From: a virus
Taxonomy: Duplodnaviria > Caudoviricetes
DNA length: 64,000 nt
Strand: one strand, 5' to 3'
Virus record (IMG/VR): IMGVR_UViG_3300030388_001525
Location: 1,377-65,376 of that record
Shown here: positions 47,552-56,937 of the stretch, piece by piece
Layout: every line of letters begins with the position of its first letter
How positions within the stretch are numbered: the stretch's first letter is position 1
Translations under genes and position numbers: made by a program
The notes under the pieces: model-generated
The model's database searches: none
What the model saw: the letters and a program-made list of their open reading frames with translations, nothing else
What the model was told of the DNA's origin: nothing

Positions 47552-48475
47552 TTACTTTAACCACTTATCTTTACCTCTCATACTCATTAGAAGTCTTCCA
47601 GGATGTATGTTACTTAATCTTATTTTTGCATTTCTTAACAAAGAAGACTTGTCTTTTCTTGCTCTATTTACAATATATTCTTGTATTCCTAATTTACCGT
47701 TTAACAATGAATATCTTACATAAGCATATATGTATTCTTCAAACAATTTATTCACTTGTACATTAGCATCATTTCCATTTTCCATACCATCAGAAACATA
47801 CTCTAATACAGCTGTTCTACCTGACATAGATGATTCAAAATTAATTACACCTGCTTGTTTGTTAATGCTAAATGTCGGATTTGCATTAGCAGTTTCAGTA
47901 TTTAAACCAAATCTACCTCCAACAGAATAGTCAAAAAACCAACCACCATCTAAAAAATATCCTAACGAGTTATGATAAGGACTATCAGTATTTAAATATA
48001 TTGTTTTTTTAGTTCCGTTTAATCTATCTTGATCTACAGTAGATTGTTCTGGTTTTAAAACATTACCATCTTGATCAAATAAAATTCTTGCATTGTTATC
48101 TTGTAAATATGCCCCTGCCCAATTAGATTGTATGTTTTCAGTTAAGGGATATAATGTTCCATTTATATACATAGATAATCTAACCCAATTAACATAATCT
48201 TGTGGTAATATAAATCTTAAATCTTCTCCAACTTCAAGTTCTAATATTTTAATTTCTTTCATCGCATCGTAATTCAATTCTTGAATTCCACGTTTTGCGT
48301 AAAATAATACTTGATATCTATTAAGATTGTTTAATAATTCATGATTACCTTGATACATTAACATAAAGTTATTTACAATATCTTTTAAATTAACATACTG
48401 ATATGAACCCCAATTTTCATTTTCGGGATTTGCTCCTCCATTTTCGTAATATTGATAATCTGTAATATATGCCAT
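47552..48475 (-). CDS. Tail ring/adaptor protein
   Basis: LPQDYVNW motif; lies between capsid and nozzle genes. Confidence 0.65.
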   Translation of the reverse strand: MAYITDYQYYENGGANPENENWGSYQYVNLKDIVNNFMLMYQGNHELLNNLNRYQVLFYAKRGIQELNYDAMKEIKILELEVGEDLRFILPQDYVNWVRLSMYINGTLYPLTENIQSNWAGAYLQDNNARILFDQDGNVLKPEQSTVDQDRLNGTKKTIYLNTDSPYHNSLGYFLDGGWFFDYSVGGRFGLNTETANANPTFSINKQAGVINFESSMSGRTAVLEYVSDGMENGNDANVQVNKLFEEYIYAYVRYSLLNGKLGIQEYIVNRARKDKSSLLRNAKIRLSNIHPGRLLMSMRGKDKWLK

Positions 48476-48478
48476 CTC

Positions 48479-49411
48479 TTATGTTGTTTGTTGTGACTCG
48501 CTGTTTAATTCATTTGTTCCAAAATCCACCACATCAGATTCTCTAATTTCTATTCCTATGTATTGACAAATTTTTGCAACTAAAGTTGGCTCGTCGGAAA
48601 GTGGCAATTCAAAATCTTGATAATCAGGTTGTTCGAAAAATACAGGTTCACCACCTGTAATAAGTGAGAATGTCCATTTTGGTGGTTTAGGATATCTTAT
48701 GTATTGCGATTTTATACTTGAAGCTCCTAAAATACTTGTTGGATATATAGTGACAGTATTTCCATTTAAAACATACGCAGGAAATTGATTAGATGGTGCT
48801 GTTAAAGGTGAGCTTGTTAAATAAAATAATTTATTTTGACTGACTCTTTCTACCTCACTAACATTAGTATTAGTGTAAACAACATAAGCATCGTTTAAGT
48901 TCATTATGTTTGCGCTTATAGAAAGCACTGTCGAGCTATCTACAGCCGTTACATAGCACTCTTGTAGTGTAGTAGTGTTAACGATAATACTGCCAACTGG
49001 AGGCGTTGTTGGATTTGTTAAAACAGAAAACGAAGCTGTAGAGTCTGTTAATTTAAAAGCCGCAACAACTGTGTTTGTTCCTGTAGCTATTGAGTTTGGA
49101 TAATAAAATAATTTATTTATTAAATAATAATCAGATGGTAACGTATAAGTGTTACTCACTACTTGTGTTAAAAAAACATCTTGTGAAAAAAACTCAATAA
49201 CTTCTACTAAACCTTTTACTATATCAGCATAACCAGTTCCAGAAATACGAGCATTTTCTTTTACAATCCAACTATTATATTGATAGAAATAATCCTCAAA
49301 CATATCCATTTGAGCTTGTTGACAATATAAATTAAAATCTTGCGGGCCAATATAGCCGTAGTTGTTTTTATTAGCAATAGCTAATACTGTATTTCTTACA
49401 TCATCTATCAT
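48479..49411 (-). CDS. Tail ring/adaptor protein with an inserted beta-domain
   Basis: NK...GYI.PQDFN, LPSDYY, YIRYP and DFELP motifs. Confidence 0.65.
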   Translation of the reverse strand: MIDDVRNTVLAIANKNNYGYIGPQDFNLYCQQAQMDMFEDYFYQYNSWIVKENARISGTGYADIVKGLVEVIEFFSQDVFLTQVVSNTYTLPSDYYLINKLFYYPNSIATGTNTVVAAFKLTDSTASFSVLTNPTTPPVGSIIVNTTTLQECYVTAVDSSTVLSISANIMNLNDAYVVYTNTNVSEVERVSQNKLFYLTSSPLTAPSNQFPAYVLNGNTVTIYPTSILGASSIKSQYIRYPKPPKWTFSLITGGEPVFFEQPDYQDFELPLSDEPTLVAKICQYIGIEIRESDVVDFGTNELNSESQQTT

Positions 49412-49428
49412 AATAAAAAAATTTAATA

Positions 49429-49436
49429 CAAAGATA
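49429..49436 (-). promoter_or_regulatory. -7 promoter element TATCTTTG
   Basis: Directly after a terminator and before the tail genes. Confidence 0.6.
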
Positions 49437-49440
49437 AGAA

Positions 49441-49477
49441 AAAAAAAAGAGGTTACTTTTTTTGTAACCTCTTCTTT
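49441..49477 (-). terminator. Intrinsic terminator
   Basis: AAGAGGTTAC-T7-GTAACCTCTT inverted repeat with a flanking A run. Confidence 0.8.
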
Positions 49478-49497
49478 ATAATTTGTAATTTACTACT

Positions 49498-50706
49498 CTA
49501 AGCAATAACTACAGACGCAGCAACTACTTGCGATCCGTCAAATATTGGCATTAAAACTACAGAATATGCTTCAGGGCCTTGTGGCAAACCAATGCCTATT
49601 GCTCCCGCTATTAATGCGTTTTCAATAGCCGCTGCAACAATTCTTGTTCCTGAACCTCCTGCATCACTATGATTAATTGTAGCTGTAACCGCGTTAGCAT
49701 AAGTTATTACAGTTGTAAAATTAGATGCTCCTCTTCCAACTCCTATCAAATCAGCTGTAGACAAAAGTTGTCTTTTTTTACCTACTTGATCATCAATTCT
49801 AAAAGCTTGACCAGTAGCAATTAATGGTGCTTGTACAGTTAATCTAAAGTCGTCTTGTATTGAAACAATACCTTCAGAATCAAGAGCAGTTGTATTAAAC
49901 ACAATATCATCTAAAGTAACCGAAGTTAAAAAAGATTGTGTTGCATCATACACTTGAACAGCTAAACATTCAATTGTAAAGGTATCATTAAATAAAGTTG
50001 AACTGTTAAAAATATCAGATGTTAAAGTTAATGATGTTTCGCCAATTAATGCAGCAACAGTAGTTTGTGTACCAGCAGTTGTGTTTTTAACTATATCTCC
50101 AACTCTAACTTTACGAGCTGTAAATGTAGCTCCTACACTATCTAAAACAAACTCTTTTCTTACAGCATAAGCTTCACCTCCCTCTGGAAATCCTTCACCA
50201 GCTAAAATAAGTTGAGTTTCTATAGTTGGTGTAGTTAAAACAGTTCCTTGAGATGCAGACGTAACATTATAAACAATATCTCCTGCTACAATTCCATCTG
50301 TAACAAAAGTAGCGGCTGCATCATTTAATTGATTACCAAGTGTAAGTGCAGTTACTGTACCTACAACATCACCTGAACCACCATTTATAGTAAAAGTATT
50401 ACCAATAGCATAGCCTGCGCCACCTGCCACTATTACTACTGAATTAACTTCAATTACACCACCTGCTTCTGTATAAGTAACTGTTAGGTTACCATCACCA
50501 CCACCAGATGTAACTGTAGTTGCTACCCCTGCGCCTGAAACGGGATATCCTGTTCCTCCCGCAACATTGTTTGCGGTGGAAACTATTCCTGCATTAGCGT
50601 TTGTGCCTGATGCAATTGGAGAAGAAGCTCTTGCTAAAATTACAAGTGCTTGTACTCCGTTTGCGGCTGCTTGCGCTAATGGTATTTCTATGTATTTAGC
50701 TCCCAT
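49498..50706 (-). CDS. Capsid decoration/auxiliary protein with three tandem beta-domains
   Basis: 402 aa, A/G/T/V-rich; three (G/D)DIV.N.T repeats. Confidence 0.6.
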   Translation of the reverse strand: MGAKYIEIPLAQAAANGVQALVILARASSPIASGTNANAGIVSTANNVAGGTGYPVSGAGVATTVTSGGGDGNLTVTYTEAGGVIEVNSVVIVAGGAGYAIGNTFTINGGSGDVVGTVTALTLGNQLNDAAATFVTDGIVAGDIVYNVTSASQGTVLTTPTIETQLILAGEGFPEGGEAYAVRKEFVLDSVGATFTARKVRVGDIVKNTTAGTQTTVAALIGETSLTLTSDIFNSSTLFNDTFTIECLAVQVYDATQSFLTSVTLDDIVFNTTALDSEGIVSIQDDFRLTVQAPLIATGQAFRIDDQVGKKRQLLSTADLIGVGRGASNFTTVITYANAVTATINHSDAGGSGTRIVAAAIENALIAGAIGIGLPQGPEAYSVVLMPIFDGSQVVAASVVIA

Positions 50707-50710
50707 ATGA

Positions 50711-50992
50711 TTAAGCGTTTGCTATTCCTGATGGAGCTAAAGGCAATGCAACTGGAAACTGAGATTTTTGCCAGCTTGTTGCTAATGCTTGTTCCATTGC
50801 GTCTATAATTGCATCATATACGTTAAAGGCTGTTTGAGCAACTGTTGTTACCGTAGTAACTGTTCCGTCAGAATATGTTAATGATACAATAGTTCCAGCA
50901 CCACCTGCGTCTGTTGTTACTGTTTTTAAACGACTAAGGCTAATCAACTGACTTGACTTAGGCGCATTTGTAATTAAAAGAAATTTTTCCAT
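50711..50992 (-). CDS. Small structural protein
   Basis: 93 aa; resembles the C-terminal domain of the 402-aa neighbour. Confidence 0.6.
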   Translation of the reverse strand: MEKFLLITNAPKSSQLISLSRLKTVTTDAGGAGTIVSLTYSDGTVTTVTTVAQTAFNVYDAIIDAMEQALATSWQKSQFPVALPLAPSGIANA

Positions 50993-51024
50993 TTTATAAA
51001 AAGGTTTTAATGGTTAATAAAAAA

Positions 51025-51032
51025 CAAAGATA
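51025..51032 (-). promoter_or_regulatory. -7 promoter element TATCTTTG
   Basis: Intergenic. Confidence 0.6.
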
Positions 51033-51035
51033 AGA

Positions 51036-51794
51036 TTATTTTTCATCTTTATTTAAGTACTTTTTTAAAAGCTTATATGTTTCAATTCCGTCATCAGATT
51101 GAAAATAAGAAGCCACAATATAACTTGGCTCTTCTCCAAATGGAACAGTTAACATTTTTTGTTTGTTTTTAGGTAAATTGAAATAAACATCTTTATTGTT
51201 ATTTCTTATAGCTATAACTCCTTTGTCAAAAAGTTGAAAAACAGAATCTTGTAAATCTAACATTGGGTCATCCAATATTCCTAAAAAATCTTCTGGTTCA
51301 TTTTTTGAGTACATTAAAATGTCTCTTTTTAATTCTGGTATTGTCATCTTGTCTACGTGCGCACCCATGATAACTCTACAAACCATAACTAATTTTTCTG
51401 TAGATAATTCTTTAGCAACTATTTGAGCATCTAATGCTCTTTCAACCCAAGCTAATTCTTCAGATGCATCTTTTTCTGCATCTATTTCTTCAAATAACAT
51501 TCCGTTTTGAGGGTGTAATGCTAAAAAGTGTTGTAATACTTGATTGGTTGCTTCAACGAATAATAATCCATCTTCAAAAACTACTGGCTCTAATATTGCA
51601 TTTCCATCTTGCTCATCTTCAAATGGGCTTTTTTGATTTCTTGCATAACGAAGAGGTTTATTTATTCCTTTTTCATCATCAAAATGTAATAAAGGGGATC
51701 TGGATGAATGTCTTGATGCTAACATGTACGATAAAGGTTGTCTATCGTTTTTTAATCTGTAATTTTTACTTACGTACTTATTTTGTTTTTTCAT
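51036..51794 (-). CDS. Hypothetical protein downstream of the major capsid gene
   Basis: 252-aa ORF. Confidence 0.75.
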   Translation of the reverse strand: MKKQNKYVSKNYRLKNDRQPLSYMLASRHSSRSPLLHFDDEKGINKPLRYARNQKSPFEDEQDGNAILEPVVFEDGLLFVEATNQVLQHFLALHPQNGMLFEEIDAEKDASEELAWVERALDAQIVAKELSTEKLVMVCRVIMGAHVDKMTIPELKRDILMYSKNEPEDFLGILDDPMLDLQDSVFQLFDKGVIAIRNNNKDVYFNLPKNKQKMLTVPFGEEPSYIVASYFQSDDGIETYKLLKKYLNKDEK

Positions 51795-51820
51795 AATAAT
51801 ATAATTTAATTTAATTTAAA

Positions 51821-51852
51821 AAAAATAAAAGGGGAGGATAAATCCTCCCCTA
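51821..51852 (-). terminator. Intrinsic terminator after the major capsid gene
   Basis: AGGGGAGGAT-AA-ATCCTCCCCT inverted repeat with a flanking A run. Confidence 0.85.
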
Positions 51853-51867
51853 TTATTGTTGTTGCTC

Positions 51868-53313
51868 TTATTGTTGGAATAAGAAGAAATTGTTTGCACC
51901 TAAAGTACATACAGCTCTTTCTGACAAGAAGTTTACTTGCATCTCATCAACATCAGATGTTCTTGCACCACCAGCAGAACCAGTAATCCAAGTTTTATAT
52001 CTTCTGTCTTCAGTTTCAGATGCTCTGTATCTTACATGTAAGAAAGGTCTCTTAGCGTTCTTACCTAAGATTTGGTCATATACTGATGTAGAACCTGCAG
52101 GAACTAAAAGTCCGTTTACAGATCCAGCAGCAATACCACCTCTCATAGTAGGATCGTTTAAGTATTTCCAATCAGACTTGTAAAAGTCATAACCTCTTCT
52201 AAATCCTGTAAATCCAAGATTTAAAGCCATGTCTTTATCATTGTCAAATAAACCATATGAAGTACCACCCGCTCCGTAAGAGTTTTGTGCTGCTAACATA
52301 TCGTCAATATCAAATGAGAATTGTCTGTTTACAAATATTACATTTTCCTCTATAGCTCCTTGCTTATCAAGTCTTTGAATAACTGAATCGAATCCTGCAA
52401 GAGTAGTTGGATTTCCACCTCCCCATACATTTCCTCTGTTATTAACTACAAAGAAAATTCCTTCAGAACCAGCATTTACTTCACCTGTTCCCGCTACAGC
52501 AGCAGTTGTTAATGCAGTTTCTGCACCTGAACCATTTACCGCAGGTACTGCTTCAATCATTGCTGTTTCTAAGTAATCTTCAAAACGTAATCTTGTGTCA
52601 TGCTCAGACTTTAAATACCAAAGGTATCCACTTGCTCCATTTTCAGATGTTACTTCAACCCATCCAATTTGTGCCATATCAGAACCATTTACATTGTAAG
52701 TGTCTTTTAGGATAATTGGTTTGTTGTTGAAGAATAAATCATCAGACTCTAAAGAACCATCCATTCCAGCAGCTCCTTTTTTGAATTCAGATCCATAAAT
52801 AAACATCGTGCAAGCTGTTGCAGGAATTAATTGTGTTGCTTCATAAAAAGCAATAGTAACAACATTAGCTACTCCACCAACTTGTACAGCTGTTACAACA
52901 CCTTTATTAGTAAGTGTTGATCCAGGTGTATTGTCAGATATCATAAGCGTTTGTCCAACTCTTACTGCTGGAGTTGTAGCTCCTGTTACCAGTAAAGGAT
53001 TGAAAACGTCATTGATAGTAAAGTTAGCTTGTGTGTTAACACCCGCTGTACCATTATTTGTTACGTTTGTGTATTTAATATGAAGTCTACCTTGTTCAGC
53101 CCATTTTATCATGTCTGAATTTGTAGGCATTTCTGCACCAACCATTCTTAGGAAGGATGCAATTGTTCTATTTCCATAACGCTCAAATTCTTTTTCATAA
53201 GTATCAGGAAGATACTGATTCAAAAAATTGAAATCAGTTATGTAGTTTGATTGTAAGGCTTGTTTTTGCGCACTTGGCTGCAATTGAAAGCCTGGGGCTG
53301 CTTGTACTGACAT
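51868..53313 (-). CDS. Major capsid protein
   Basis: 481 aa after portal and scaffold and followed by a strong terminator; W.EQGRL and GW.EV...GYLWYLK motifs. Confidence 0.85.
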   Translation of the reverse strand: MSVQAAPGFQLQPSAQKQALQSNYITDFNFLNQYLPDTYEKEFERYGNRTIASFLRMVGAEMPTNSDMIKWAEQGRLHIKYTNVTNNGTAGVNTQANFTINDVFNPLLVTGATTPAVRVGQTLMISDNTPGSTLTNKGVVTAVQVGGVANVVTIAFYEATQLIPATACTMFIYGSEFKKGAAGMDGSLESDDLFFNNKPIILKDTYNVNGSDMAQIGWVEVTSENGASGYLWYLKSEHDTRLRFEDYLETAMIEAVPAVNGSGAETALTTAAVAGTGEVNAGSEGIFFVVNNRGNVWGGGNPTTLAGFDSVIQRLDKQGAIEENVIFVNRQFSFDIDDMLAAQNSYGAGGTSYGLFDNDKDMALNLGFTGFRRGYDFYKSDWKYLNDPTMRGGIAAGSVNGLLVPAGSTSVYDQILGKNAKRPFLHVRYRASETEDRRYKTWITGSAGGARTSDVDEMQVNFLSERAVCTLGANNFFLFQQ

Positions 53314-53333
53314 AATTTTTTAATTTTTTTAGT

Positions 53334-54452
53334 TTATAATTTTTTAATACTTCTTATTTTGAGTCCTCTTCCACTACTTGTATCTCCTACGCTTCTGATT
53401 TTTAGCCCGTCCTTATTATACGATGTGTTTGTTTGTCTTACTTCCATATCTATGTTTTTAGACTTTTTAGCCACATCATCAACAGTATTAGCTACACCTT
53501 GTTCGTAAAAGAATTGCGCAAACTTATTTGGATTCATAGCCATCGCTAATGAGCGATGATAACCCTTTGCATCCTTTATAAAACCTTTATCATCAGTAAA
53601 TTTATTTACCCAATTCTGAACGTCTTTTTGAACACTTTTTAATTCGCTTGCATCACCTGGCTTAAATGTAAAATCTTTTTCTCCTACGTTGAACTCAAAA
53701 CCTTTGAACTCATCGTTGAAAACTTCATTAGTTTTCTCAAGAAACCAATCATACCTTTTAGCAGATAACTCTTTAACAGTTTCTGATTCGTCTTTATAAC
53801 TTTTATAAGCATTAAGATTTTTCTCCTGATCTTCTGATAATCCACCCCCACTTGACTCAAGAGGGATTTTATATTTATCTTTTTGTTCATTTAAAAACTT
53901 CTTCGCTTTCGCAAGTTCTCTTTTTTTAGCTAATTTTGCTTTCTTCACATCTTTAACCTCATCTAAATCTTCGTCATAAGAAAATTTATCTTCAATTAAA
54001 TCTTGAATATCCATAGAGTCTAAACCATCTTCGGTAGACTTATAGTAATTAGCCAACAACTGATCGTCTTCCATAGATTCATAGTCTTTTTGCAGACTAA
54101 CAAAATCCTCTATGCCACGACCTGTTTCTTTTTTGTATTTAAAATATGCAGATACATCTTCTGGTAAATCGTCATTGTCTTTTGTTTGCGCAAACAATTC
54201 ATCTACAGAAGATATGTCCTTGTCATACCTATTTTTAATATAAGAAAGAACATCTTCGTCATTTAACTCTGACGATGGAGTTTCTTCTTTTACAACCTCT
54301 TGGTTTTCAACTACTTCTATTTTTTCAACAGGTTGTTCTTTGTCTTGAGGAGAGTCTTCAAACTTTTCCTCATGTTTTTTTAATAGATCTGATTCTATTT
54401 CTTGAGTTGATTTTTCTTCTTTAAACTCAACATTTTTTACTTTAATGTCCAT
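53334..54452 (-). CDS. Scaffolding protein
   Basis: Very acidic, helical; between portal and capsid genes. Confidence 0.7.
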   Translation of the reverse strand: MDIKVKNVEFKEEKSTQEIESDLLKKHEEKFEDSPQDKEQPVEKIEVVENQEVVKEETPSSELNDEDVLSYIKNRYDKDISSVDELFAQTKDNDDLPEDVSAYFKYKKETGRGIEDFVSLQKDYESMEDDQLLANYYKSTEDGLDSMDIQDLIEDKFSYDEDLDEVKDVKKAKLAKKRELAKAKKFLNEQKDKYKIPLESSGGGLSEDQEKNLNAYKSYKDESETVKELSAKRYDWFLEKTNEVFNDEFKGFEFNVGEKDFTFKPGDASELKSVQKDVQNWVNKFTDDKGFIKDAKGYHRSLAMAMNPNKFAQFFYEQGVANTVDDVAKKSKNIDMEVRQTNTSYNKDGLKIRSVGDTSSGRGLKIRSIKKL

Positions 54453-54501
54453 TTGATTTAATTTTGTGTAAAGTTAATATTTATTTATTTAATTTTTCAG
54501 A

Positions 54502-56937
54502 CTATCTTGGGTCAAACTCAGCTAAATCAAACCCATCTAAACTATCTTCGTTTGATTCAAAGTTTATTGAAGGTAAATTTCTTTTTCTCTGTTCAATCAT
54601 TGCTGACTGTTGAGATGCTTGTAATTTAGTTCTCGTGTCTTTAGAATCCTCCCTTTCAGTTTCTCTTTGTTGTAATTGAGATTGTTCAATTCCTTTTAAC
54701 TGCATTTGATAATTAAATTCAGTCTCCATTAATTGTTTTTTCAATTCTGCCTCTGCTTTTAACTTTTCTATTTCAAAAGAAATATCTGCTTGTCTGTATT
54801 GCATTTTTGCTTGAGACTCCATTTGAATTCTTTGCATTTCCATTTGAGCTGTAGCTTGCTGAGCTTGAATTTGCATTTGAGCTTTAATTTGCTGTTGTTG
54901 CTGCATTTGCACTTGTTCGGCTTCTTGTTTTTGTTTTCTTTTTAGCTTCAACAATTGATTAGCCATTTTAATGTTTTTTAACTCTCTAACATCAATAGCA
55001 TCTTCTAAGTTTATATCTTGTTTTGATAAAGCCATTTGTATATTAGCTTCTAACATTGCTTTTTGCTCTTCATCTGGTGCTAATTCAATAAAAATTCCAA
55101 AGTCATGTAGATATAGGTTTTTAATATCTTCTAATAATTTTACATTATATTTTCCAATCTGCATTGCAAATTGATCTGCAAAATCAGAATACTCTAAAAT
55201 ATCAGCTGTTCTAATTGACATTGCTTCAGCTAAAGTTTTAGTTATATATAAACTTGCTTGAAGTATATGTCTTGTAGCTGTATTAGAATTTAAAGCTGCA
55301 AGTTTTTGAACACCAACTAATGAATTTGGATCTGGCGTACTACCATCTCGAGCTTCGTTTAATCCAGTGCATTGTCTAATCATATCTAAATAATGATTAT
55401 AGTTTCCAATAAGCATTTGCATTTTATTAGCTCCACTGGAAGCAGTCAACTGCTGTATAGGAACTCTTGCATTATTAAATTCTCCATCTTGAGTAAAACT
55501 TCTACCAACTACACTACCTGTTTGAAAGTAAAGCCTTAATGCATCTTCAGGATTATAAGCGTTTCCTGTTCCTAAGTCAACTTCATTTAACCCATCAGCA
55601 TCAATAAATACACCATCTGGAACTACTCTTGAAACTACTTGTTGAATTTTTAAATGAGTCATTTGAATCAAATCAGCAAAAGGAATCATTCTTCTAACTA
55701 AAGATTCAATATTTCCCTTGTACACACGCGGCGCGCATGCGATGTAATTAGGTAAAGCATATTGAGATGCAGAATTAGGTCTTACCATATTCTTAGCCAT
55801 CTCCCACTTTAACATAATGTTAGTTCCCATAACCATTACACCTTCATACCACACATCTATTTTTCTTTCAACTTTTTCAAACTTCCCCTCATCCATCATT
55901 TCTTGTGGTGGGTTGAATTGGTCATCTTTTTCTACAACTTTAAAATTACCATCAGGTGTTTCTTTTTTCTTATATACAAAACTATTTGTAGTTTTATAAT
56001 TAAAATACATTAATGTACACGTGTCTCTGGAAAACATACTGTTCTCATAAAACTGAGCAACATTAAAGTAGTCATACCATGCTTGACTATACTGACTTAT
56101 TTCAGCCATATCATCAGTTGTTATGTCTGGATCAATCTTAACTAATTCTGTTAAAGGAACAGTTTTAATTTCTCCCCAATAAAAACAATCTTTAAAATAA
56201 GGATCTTCAGTGTAACTATAAACTACATTTGCTGGGTCTACATAATCAATTACAACTCCTTGACCAAGCTGAAATTGATGACGTGTAACTCCAACACCTA
56301 TTGTAGCTATGTCATAATCAACTCTTTTTCTTATATCGTTATAATGATTTTGAGCAAACAAAGTGTTGATTGCTTCTTCTTCTGCTATCTCAATAGCTGG
56401 TTTGTACTTCATGTTTATATACAAAGCCATTTCTTCATCCGTTTCTGGAACTTCTTCATCAGGCATTGTAAATGCATTAACCCCAAAGTCTTCTTGTATT
56501 TGCCTAAACAATGGAGCAGCAATCATATTATCTTGAACTAATTGTTGAAACTCACCTCTACGTTCAGCTGACAATGCATCTTCTGCATATGCTTTAACAT
56601 CAAATAATCTGTCAGACATTCCATTTACTACAATGTCTACAAATTTAGGTATGATAGCTATTGGTGTCCAATCTAAATTTAAATAACTTAAATCTCCATC
56701 TATAGCTAATTCATTTTTATATTTAGCTACAGACTGTTCACCTCGTGCATACAAACGTAGTTTGTTGAATTCTTGCCACTGGCTGTAGAATCTGCACTGA
56801 TTACTGTCTTTTCTAAACCACTCGTATTGTATAGCCTGACCTATTTGTAAACCATACTCAAGTGTTTGTTTAGTGGCATCCGAAACAAATTGATCTGGAA
56901 AGGCAGTAGACTGTAAATTTATTGTTACATCTCTCAT
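54502..56937 (-). CDS. Portal protein
   Basis: 811 aa directly after terL; IIPKFVD..VNG motif and a long Q-rich C-terminal coiled coil as in podovirus portals. Confidence 0.85.
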   Translation of the reverse strand: MRDVTINLQSTAFPDQFVSDATKQTLEYGLQIGQAIQYEWFRKDSNQCRFYSQWQEFNKLRLYARGEQSVAKYKNELAIDGDLSYLNLDWTPIAIIPKFVDIVVNGMSDRLFDVKAYAEDALSAERRGEFQQLVQDNMIAAPLFRQIQEDFGVNAFTMPDEEVPETDEEMALYINMKYKPAIEIAEEEAINTLFAQNHYNDIRKRVDYDIATIGVGVTRHQFQLGQGVVIDYVDPANVVYSYTEDPYFKDCFYWGEIKTVPLTELVKIDPDITTDDMAEISQYSQAWYDYFNVAQFYENSMFSRDTCTLMYFNYKTTNSFVYKKKETPDGNFKVVEKDDQFNPPQEMMDEGKFEKVERKIDVWYEGVMVMGTNIMLKWEMAKNMVRPNSASQYALPNYIACAPRVYKGNIESLVRRMIPFADLIQMTHLKIQQVVSRVVPDGVFIDADGLNEVDLGTGNAYNPEDALRLYFQTGSVVGRSFTQDGEFNNARVPIQQLTASSGANKMQMLIGNYNHYLDMIRQCTGLNEARDGSTPDPNSLVGVQKLAALNSNTATRHILQASLYITKTLAEAMSIRTADILEYSDFADQFAMQIGKYNVKLLEDIKNLYLHDFGIFIELAPDEEQKAMLEANIQMALSKQDINLEDAIDVRELKNIKMANQLLKLKRKQKQEAEQVQMQQQQQIKAQMQIQAQQATAQMEMQRIQMESQAKMQYRQADISFEIEKLKAEAELKKQLMETEFNYQMQLKGIEQSQLQQRETEREDSKDTRTKLQASQQSAMIEQRKRNLPSINFESNEDSLDGFDLAEFDPR

